Of a DNA stretch of 58,361 bases, positions 49,811 to 58,361 are shown in pieces. The position numbers and the translations under genes are program-made. The stretch comes from Aplysia californica (lineage: Eukaryota): the NCBI RefSeq assembly GCF_000002075.1, contig NW_004797665.1, forward strand, positions 113,886 through 172,246, given 5' to 3'. The notes below the pieces were generated by a model, which was not told the origin of the DNA, did not search any database, and saw only the letters and a list, made by a program, of their open reading frames with translations. How positions within the stretch are numbered: position 1 is the first letter of the stretch; every line of letters begins with the position of its first letter.

Positions 49811-51339
49811 GTATGTGTCATGTAAACGTCCAAGTGTACGCTGTCCCTTATATAAGACCTCTTTGTCTATCTGTCCTTTATACTAACTTCTTTGTCTATC
49901 TATCTGCCCTTTTAGACGTCTGTCAATCTACTGCGTTTGTCAGTCTCTTTAATAACCAACCTTGTGCATTTATGTCNNNNNNNNNNNNNNNNNNNNNNNN
50001 NNNNNNNNNNNNNNNNNNNNNNNNNNNNNNNNNNNNNNNNNNNNNNNNNNNNNNNNNNNNNNNNNNNNNNNNNNNNNNNNNNNNNNNNNNNNNNNNNNNN
50101 NNNNNNNNNNNNNNNNNNNNNNNNNNNNNNNNNNNNNNNNNNNNNNNTGTCTATCTGGATATCCCCCAGTATCTTTATCCATCCTGTTGTATCCATCTGT
50201 TATCCGTCCCCTCTACCCCTGGCCAAATATATAGTACATATAATTTTCTTAATTTTTCTTTTTGTGTCTTTTTCTTTTCCATCTATTTGGGGTAGTTGGG
50301 TAAACATTCCAGAAACAATCAGTTGTGAAGGGGAAAAAATTTTAAGAGCGAAATCAAGACTGGATGGCCCCCTCTCATAATATAGTTCAAACATATGTTA
50401 CTCACCATGCAAAAACATGTGTGAACCATAGGAAACGTACCGAATATTCTTTTTCTTTGATTTTACTCGTTTATCATAAATCAAAATACCTGTATAAAGA
50501 TGGGGGAAATGAAATAGGAGAAATAGCAAGTAATCCACTTAACAAAAGGTATAACATATATAGAGTTATGTAAAATGTATTCTCTGTTGTATTAATCTTT
50601 TATTTTGGGTCTTTTTTTATTAGATCTGTTCGATTTTTTTTCCTCCTAAACAAGAATGCCAACTACCATCAAGCTATAACTGTGTTCCAGAGCGGCATAA
50701 TTATCATTGGAAAAACTAGTTAGGTTGAGGATGGAGATGGCACGGAGTGGGGGGGGGTGGGGGGAGGGGTGAGTAGTTGCCCAAAACAGAAGAGACTGGA
50801 TGTGTCCATAATTTAGTGTCTAGTCCATTCCCAATTGTGTCCGAAATAAGTTGATGAAGAGCTTTGAAAAACCCCTATACAATCCAAGTTGAAAAATATA
50901 TCATTGGGGGTTTGAACCAATGTCAGCCTCACCATAACCCAACAAGATACTAAGTTACACCTTGTATTCTTTATAATATTATTATTACTGTACATTAAAA
51001 ACTAACATATCCTTCTTTAGCACTAATTAACCTTTGTGTGGCAGACTACAATTCTTAAATGATATCCCTCCTTTTGGAGTCGAAAGCGCTCGTAGTACTA
51101 AAAATAATATTTAATAGTGAGAGGGGGAAAGACTTCTGGTCTGTTCCCGTGGCCTCTGATAGATGACAACAAATCTCCTCCACTCCTCTCGGCTCTCTGC
51201 TTTCCTCAGTGTGTCCCGCAGCTCCATGGCTGTCCATTCTCGGGTGTTATCCTTCCATCTCTTCTTCTATCTGCTTCTCCTTCTTCCTCCCAGCACAGTG
51301 CCTTTTCCTTCTTATTAAAAAAATCCATCTTGTCTGCAG

Positions 51340-51479
51340 GTACAGCGGAAGCTGGCAGCCAGGGCGGAGGGACTGACCCCGCTGGACTCTCGTCCTACAA
51401 GTGTAGAATACTCCTGCTGGAGATATGTCTGGCAGCCATGTTGACTTTGAACTTCTCGTTTTTTGGCCTATATTCCTGA
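51340..51479 (+). CDS. Dpr/ZIG-8-like gene, terminal coding exon F (predicted GPI-anchor signal)
   Basis: Acceptor tcttgtctgCAG|, phase 1. GTAEAGSQGGGTDPAGLSSYKCRILLLEICLAAMLTLNFSFFGLYS* has a small-residue region, a spacer and a terminal hydrophobic tail with no cytoplasmic domain, as expected for a GPI signal. Confidence 0.85.
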
Positions 51480-51814
51480 CCGGTTTGGACTGAGCATTGC
51501 TAGTGCAGTTGTACGGGCATCAGCTATTTCATTCTTGTTGGAACGGTTTCGGGAAGTCCTTTTTGGTGATGAGGTTCGTAATACAATCCCAGTGTATTTG
51601 TAAGTGTAATGCGGTGGCATTTCTTTTATACTATTATTTAAATGACACTACATACGGCAAAGACTTTGGAGAAGAGAGACCTCCATTTAAAGAAATGTCT
51701 CCAGTGGTCCATTTTAACGCTCGTGTGGTATCCTATACAGATTTTCACTGGCTGTGTATAGTTTGGTGTACATAATGATATGTGTTCGTGATTGGAGCCA
51801 AATTATTTCATTTA

Positions 51815-51828
51815 TTTTATTAAATAAA
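51815..51828 (+). promoter_or_regulatory. Candidate proximal polyadenylation signal (AATAAA 51823-51828) with adjacent TTTTAT
   Basis: Canonical hexamer about 345 nt after the stop codon. The 3' UTR may extend further. Confidence 0.35.
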
Positions 51829-52722
51829 GTGCAATGTACGATATCTGTTCTTGGACTCTCGGGTACATTGTATTTTCAATTATCATTCTTTGTTTTTTAA
51901 ATGTGGATGAATTCACTGTGAAATGTAGGAATTTGTACTCTAGTTGAGCAGTCTCGACAGGAGTCTCTCCAAAGTGATGTTTGAAAGTGAGCTGATGATC
52001 GGCTGTGCTGTACATTCTCTTATGAAGGATGTCTTCAGAGGAGCTTGGGTTGTGTGTTTCTTGTCTCCCGCTGAACCTCTGGTAAAGGAGTGATCTATAA
52101 TAGTTTCTTCTGAGCGTCATCCGACACAGTGACTTTAGAAAGTTCATAGATTCTGAAGGGTACAGATTCTGGCAATCAAACGGAGCAGTGTGTTGAACAG
52201 AGTGAGTCGCGCAGATATGACGTTAGAGATGTGATTGAAATCAGTTTCTCTTGCCGAAAACATTCAAAACGGGTAGCCTCATGAGGACTTCTCGCTCAAA
52301 CTCTCTGCAACAGCTGACCTGTAAACGTGTTGCTATTGGATACGGGCACATTGTCCTGAGATGAGTTCCGATGACTGAAGAAAGCGTACACACCGCGTTC
52401 AGTCAAAATGATGTTGTTTCTGTTCACATAGTGTTAAGCTACCCCGTGTCGAATCAGTTTCTTCTGAAGCTGGAAGCTGAAGAACTAACTCATGAAAACG
52501 TTTGTAGCTTGAGTTGTAACAAATCCTGACGCTATCATAGAATCATACACGTCAAATGCCATGGACTCCAGCAAAATAAGATAATCAACCAGTGATTTGA
52601 GCTCGTGTCAACATTCAAGGTGACAGACAACTGTGGCAAACCGCGGCCTATTCTCTGCGTCAGTGTGAACAAGGGGACTTTGGACTTGCCTTACCTCATC
52701 AAGAGTGTGGAGACACTCACTG

Positions 52723-52725
52723 ATA

Positions 52726-52774
<49 letters not shown>

Positions 52775-52820
52775 ATATACCTATATATATATTTATATAT
52801 ATGCGTATGTATATACTATA
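52723..52820. repeat. (TA)n microsatellite downstream of the CDS (possibly 3' UTR)
   Basis: Directly visible. Confidence 0.95.
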
Positions 52821-53735
52821 TCATCGTCTTCATTCATATATAGTTCACTTCTACGTTAAAAAGTTTGTACTCTTGTGAAAATGTGAGCGAAGAAGATTCC
52901 ATTCTAATACATGTAGATCTACGTGTATGCTATTATTTCATGTTTTGATAAGTGTCTAAACAGATTGTATGTCATTATTGATTGTTTGAGCTTTGGTTTC
53001 TTTTGTTGGTTTAAGAGGGAGGAGGTGTGCTTCTCGACCTAACAAAATGATAGTGTACGTGTACATATAATTTATTCCTCTTTTTTTGTCTTAATTTTTA
53101 TTTTAATTCACTATTTGGACTTGAGAAAGGCATTTTTTGACAGAAAAAAACATGTTTATCAGGGGACACAGTCTAGGTGTCACACATCAAAGTCACAAGA
53201 ACTGCTCGATTTGTCGTTCATGCGATGAACAAATCGTTCAATGTGTTTCGCTCACTTGAAACGTTTTTATATGCCCGATAATAATCATTATTTGCTGTTT
53301 TATACTGGGTTTTTGGTGATTAGGTCATTGTTTACTTGTGAGTTGTTTGCCCACAGAAGAGATTAGACATCGCGCAGGAAGAGATTCGTGCTCAACCGCA
53401 AGCTCCCACGATAAAATAATGTCGAACTGTATAAACCCCTTGACAAGCGCTATGTTACATTTCTCAAATATCTCGGCATAAATTCACCAAAACTTCTAAT
53501 CGTACATCACATTTCATGGTCGCACATAACAATACACCAAGCTACTTCAAAATATTACTACCTCGTTTTCGAGTACAAGTTACAATTCATTATAACACAT
53601 TATAAACATTTTCATTAAGAATAAACCCTGCCCTGGTTCGGCTTTGTCGTAGAATCTGAACTTTAAATTATCGCAAATCATGCGTGGGGAGAGTGCTGTA
53701 TAAGCATTATGAGATATTTTTGGATGCTTTCTTAA

Positions 53736-53964
53736 CCCTATTATCGTATCCATACAGCGTGGGGGGAACTCTGTGGGGAACACCACTTTCCAAAGAGGAA
53801 ATTTACTCGTTAATCCTATCCGTACGCTTTGCATAGGCAGTCTGTCAAAATGATTTTTTGAGAAATACTGAAAGTTTCAAAGAGATCTTCGTACAAGAAG
53901 TATTCTAAAATGTGAAGAATACAACCCCGGGGGTACAAAATTACCCCAGGGCGTACGGATAGGG
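53736..53964. mobile_element. piggyBac-type non-autonomous element (MITE), copy 2
   Basis: TTAA flanks at 53732-53735 and 53965-53968; right TIR GCGTACGGATAGGG; left end CCCTAT followed by a short deletion; aligns along its length with 8004-8245. Confidence 0.85.
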
Positions 53965-55741
53965 TTAACAAACTGAATAACTGATTATGTCAGGAAGAGT
54001 CACAGAGAGCACATCGTCTTCTATATAGGGCAATCTAAATCATTCTTGTCTCTGCCTCATTAAGTGACAAAACCCGTGAGCATCATGTAAATCAGCTGCG
54101 TTCTGTCCCTACTTCTGGGTCTCTCTTACTTTTTTATTATTTTACAGAAGTGTTTCTGACTGAAGTAAGGTCAGTTCTGGGAACATTAATTTCTTTTGTT
54201 TGTGCCTTTTTCGCTCGCACTTATTAAATTTTCTCAACTTTTTCGTAATAATAATATTATTATACGTATTAATACGTTACACGTATTATAAGTGATTCAT
54301 TCGTTTTGTATCGAGGGGTTTGTTGTGCGATATAGCAGGCTTCACGCCACGAATTATGAAAGTCATAATCTTTGTCAGTTATTGTAGATCAGCATAGGAA
54401 TAGAGTTTAATGCACAACTACTCTTCACGCATTATTGTGAAGTTCTCGCTAAAATTTAGAATTCAGGGAACGCAAGATCATCGTCACGGCCCGTACCAAG
54501 AGGAATGCACACGAACTGGCTGGTCTTACTAGAAACCAACACATCTATAATATGAAGAATACTTTTCTTAACGTACGCACAGAATGCGTTAAACTTGAGC
54601 AGGGTGTAATATACAACGTATTTAAAATATTTCTGAACAATAATAATATAAGTTCGAAGGATGATTTCAGCTGAAAAAGTTAAGTTTAAACGATTGCGAG
54701 GCTTATTAAGATGTGGGGGAAAGCAATTTTTTTTTTTTGGTTTTGTTTTTTGTATCATAATCAACAATCACTTTAAAACAATGTTAAATATATTATTGTA
54801 TTTGTGTCGCCACAAATTGGATGTGATGAAATCAATGGACATTTATGTTCTACAATTGCGAGGGTGTCCGGTGCCTACGACAATGTATTTGTGTTGTCAT
54901 AAACAGCCTTTGTCTGGTAAATTTGGTAACTATACACAATTGGAATAGGATGTATGAGGTGAGAACTCGTGGTCTGTTACGCAGATCTGAGCAAGGAAAT
55001 ATAATGATGGGTGGGTTGAATTTCCTGGCAACTACAATGAAACTCGGGATTATCATTCTGTTTTGTTTTCTATTTTTTTAATACTCTCGCTAGTTTCTAG
55101 ATATTGAATAAAAGTGAAGACAAGCCATGCGTATGTGTATATATGTGTGTGCGTGTGGGGGGGGATGTGTGTGTGTGTGTNNNNNNNNNNNNNNNNNNNN
55201 NNNNNNNNNNNNNNNNNNNNNNNNNNNNNNNNNNNNNNNNNNNNNNNNNNNNNNNNNNNNNNNNNNNNNNNNNNNNNNNNNNNNNNNNNNNNNNNNNNNN
55301 NNNNACAGAGAGAGAGAGGGGGGGGGAGACAGAGAGAGAGATAGAGAGAATGTGTGTGTGTATATCTATGTGAGTGTGTGTGCTTGTACGCGCACCTACA
55401 CGACCAAGGTAAAATTCATAAGTGCTTCACTTGTCCCGTTAGTTGAACGGATGTTGCTCTTAATCTCAAAATAGGCCAACCACACCTTTTGAACAAAATG
55501 ACAAATAAATGATCGTACGTATAGGCTACTTAAGCGTAAAATTTCTTTTCTCAACTGCCATGTTCACCTTTATCAATTATTATGGGCAGAAAAGAAAGTT
55601 GCAACAACTCACTGGAAAATTCCTTGAGATTATTAAACTTGCCTCGAAACAATGTACATTCTCTCTGACAATCACAGCTGTTACTCTTAGTGTGCACCCT
55701 TTTGTTATCTAAGCCATCTGGAACCCTCACAATACCAGACC

Positions 55742-55965
55742 AGCATCTGTGGTTTAGCGGTTGTGTGTCACCATCGCTTGCAGGAGACCCAAGTTCGATT
55801 CCCGAATGGGGGGGGGGAGAGAATTTTCATCCAGAATCTCAGCCTTTCTGCTGGGACGTTGAATCCCTCTCAGTCCGGGTTGGCCAAAACAGGTATGGTG
55901 AACCCCGCCTCCTTCCTACTCCTGTATGATTTTAATTGTGTTGATGGGGTGTAAAACACCTACAT
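55742..55965 (+). mobile_element. tRNA-derived SINE family A copy (near full length)
   Basis: A-box TGGTTTAGCGG, B-box GTTCGATTCCC, conserved CTGCTGGGACGTTGAAT core, tail TTGTGTTGATGGGGTGTAAAACACC. Confidence 0.8.
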
Positions 55966-56414
55966 TGTTTTTAGATTTCACAATACCAGAAAGAAGACTC
56001 AACACTGGGAAAATAACGTAAAGAAGTATATGGTATGTGAAAGAGGATTATAATAATGATATATTCCGTTAGTCTCACTCACTCGTTGTTTCGTTAAATT
56101 TGTTGATAATAATGTAAATGTTCTGATGATGTTGTCAAGGATTTTCTTAATGTTTTAATTTTATTCTGTTATTTTTCCCTCGTTCATCTCTTTTTCCTCC
56201 CCCTTCTCCTCTTCGTCGTTCACCTCCTCATCTTCCCCCTCCTCTGCTCTATTACAAGGGATGAAAACGGATGAAACATCGAGGTAGAATTTGGAGTCTG
56301 GAGTAGAAGAGAAGAAAGAGGAGAGTTCAGAGAAGATAGAAAATAAACCGTAAAAAAAAAAAGGCTGATGGTGCAGAGGGCAAGGAGAATGGAGGAAAAA
56401 ACACAGAGAGAGAG

Positions 56415-56448
<34 letters not shown>

Positions 56449-57014
56449 NNNNNNNNNNNNNNNNNNNNNNNNNNNNNNNNNNNNNNNNNNNNNNNNNNNN
56501 NNNNNNNNNNNNNNNNNNNNNNNNNNNNNNNNNNNNNNNNNNNNNNNNNNNNNNNNNNNNNNNNNNNNNNGGGGGGGGCAGGGAAAGAAAGAATGAAAGG
56601 AAGAAACAAAGAAAGAAACAAAGAAATACAACCGCGATTTGAATCTCAGTTTGTGCATATTCTGTTCCGGGTGCTCACAGTTTCCCACGTCTCACAAGCA
56701 GGACAATGTACAAAGGTGTGGGGATCATCCTTTTCTTTCTTTTTTATATTCTAAAAATCCTCCAACCTATTTCTGCATTCCCCTTCGTCCTCGTCTATTA
56801 ATTTGCCTCTTTGTTTTTGTATCTACCCGTTTTCCCTCCACCCTCTTTTTTCTAATTTGTAAATTTGACCTATGTCGTTTCCTTCCTGCATGAGCTTACT
56901 TGTGATTTAGGATGTCTCGTAAATTTGCTTCGAACTACTGCTCCCAGAACTTTCTCAGAGGTTACAAAGGCAATACCGGTAACGTTAATGATTATAAATT
57001 TGGCTTTTTTTTCT

Positions 57015-57190
57015 TCTTTTTTTAGGAAATGTTTTACGGCACTTGCAACACAATAAGGTCATATACGTGCCGAAGGCTCTATGTGTTACAAGAGAGAAAC
57101 AAACACAAAAAGAAGGAGGGGAGATAAAGACAATAGATGTTTGATAGGAAAGAAGAAGCAAACCGCACCAGAGCGCCCGCCAACCACCCA
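57015..57190 (-). mobile_element. Retroposon family C fragment
   Basis: Colinear with 49575-49752. Confidence 0.7.
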
Positions 57191-57902
57191 CTGGGGTTGT
57201 GAGAAAGTGTGTATTCGTATGCAAGTAAAACTGGAATATATAACACAATAAATGTGAAATGAATAAGGAAAGTAGCAAGCTCAATTTTTCCAAACATGTA
57301 CTCAAACGTAATGCTGACTCGCATATATATATGAAAATGGGAAAGAGATAGAACTAAAAAAAAAAAAACACAGTAAGCCGAAGAAAGACGAGGGGGGGGG
57401 CAGACAGACAGACAAACAGGCATACAGACAGAGAGACCGCATTGTTGTACTACTAAAAAGAACTAAAAAGAAACGTTAAGAAAAACTTTAACACTTAAGG
57501 TACCAACCAGTGGTCCGCTGTTCTTTTCTTCTTTCTTTCTCCTCTTTGACATAAACAATGAATACATGTATTACAGATATCGTATTGGAAAACAGAAGGC
57601 AATGAAATCTTTTATTCGTGGAACATATAAGAGATATGGAAAAACGAACGCGGAAGTTCTGGAAATTCCAGACATCAAAATATAGGGAAATTATCTCTCG
57701 ATCGGCCTTTAGCCTATAAAGGCTGGGGTTTCTACAAATAACATTACTTACAAAAGATTAGGGAGGATCTTTCTAAAAATATCTATCACAGAAAGACAAA
57801 TGCAATTTGTTCCAACGTAAGAAATAAAACAGTTCGATTACAATAGAAAAGTCGACGTTGTGTGAAAGATCGTACATAACGAGATCCAAAAAAAGTGTCT
57901 GC

Positions 57903-58202
57903 GCATTGGTTCAGATGGCGCTGCAGTATTTGTTTTGAAGCTCTCTTTCGTTTCTCCAGAAGAAGAAAGGAATAGGACAGTTTGTTAGTTTCACTTTTAA
58001 TGTTTTTTCATACAAGTAGGGTAACTTTGTTCGCAAAGCGGGTGCTTTTTGGCTCTCGTATGACCTTATTATGCAGTTGCGAGCGCCGAAAAACGTCTAT
58101 TAAAACTAGAACTAAAAAGAACTAAAAAGCGGGCGCTTTTTCGAAGAGGGCGCCACCGAATTTTAAGGACACTTTTTTAATTGGGTCAAAGAGAGAATTG
58201 AA
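57903..58202. repeat. Dispersed repeat; inverted homologue of 43936-44282, carrying the 58051-58125 insertion
   Basis: Same three reverse-complement blocks as 43936-44282. Confidence 0.75.
58051..58125 (+). mobile_element. 5'-truncated retroposon family C 3' end with 16-bp TSD
   Basis: AAAGCGGG(T/C)GCTTTTT at 58035-58050 and 58126-58141; body ..TATGACCTTAT...GCGCCGAAAAAC with an (AACTAAAAAG)n tail. Confidence 0.7.
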
Positions 58203-58361
58203 CTACATGTATGTATGTTTTTATGTATGATCTTTGGTTGTGTTCATGATTAGGAAGTTTGAATAAAAAGCAGTACGACACGGCCCCTTATGGTATAGGG
58301 AAAGCGAAGAAAGCCATGGGAAACAAATTTGGCGTGTGTGTGAGTGTGTGTGTGTGGGGGG

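Noticed and set aside
51117-51339. Upstream extension of the exon F ORF (120-aa ORF in the track)
   Set aside because: Pyrimidine-rich intronic sequence upstream of a clear acceptor at 51339; only the part from 51340 fits the gene model.

Overview
Eukaryotic (animal) genomic DNA from a gap-rich draft assembly. It is AT-rich, full of microsatellites beside N-runs, and carries tRNA-headed SINEs. A gastropod mollusc such as Aplysia is my inference, not proven. Most of the window is intronic to one + strand, multi-exon gene that the ORF track only partly shows. The gene encodes a two-Ig-domain cell-surface protein of the Dpr/ZIG-8 type with a predicted GPI anchor. Six exons splice in frame with canonical AG/GT sites: 16374-16593, 18140-18160 (21-nt microexon), 43755-43893, 45351-45502, 49787-49810 (24-nt microexon) and 51340-51479. 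Together they give 696 nt, or 231 aa plus stop. I could not find the 5' exons (signal peptide and first Ig1 Cys). The introns hold a decayed Tc1 transposon, piggyBac- and Harbinger-type MITEs, several SINE families, three short retro-insertions with clear target-site duplications, and a ~3.2-kb near-identical tandem copy that is probably an uncollapsed haplotype. I see no prokaryote-style system (CRISPR, operon etc.). The most interesting signals are splice-level routes that could turn this GPI-anchored receptor into soluble, shed or Ig1-only forms. All of these need RNA evidence.
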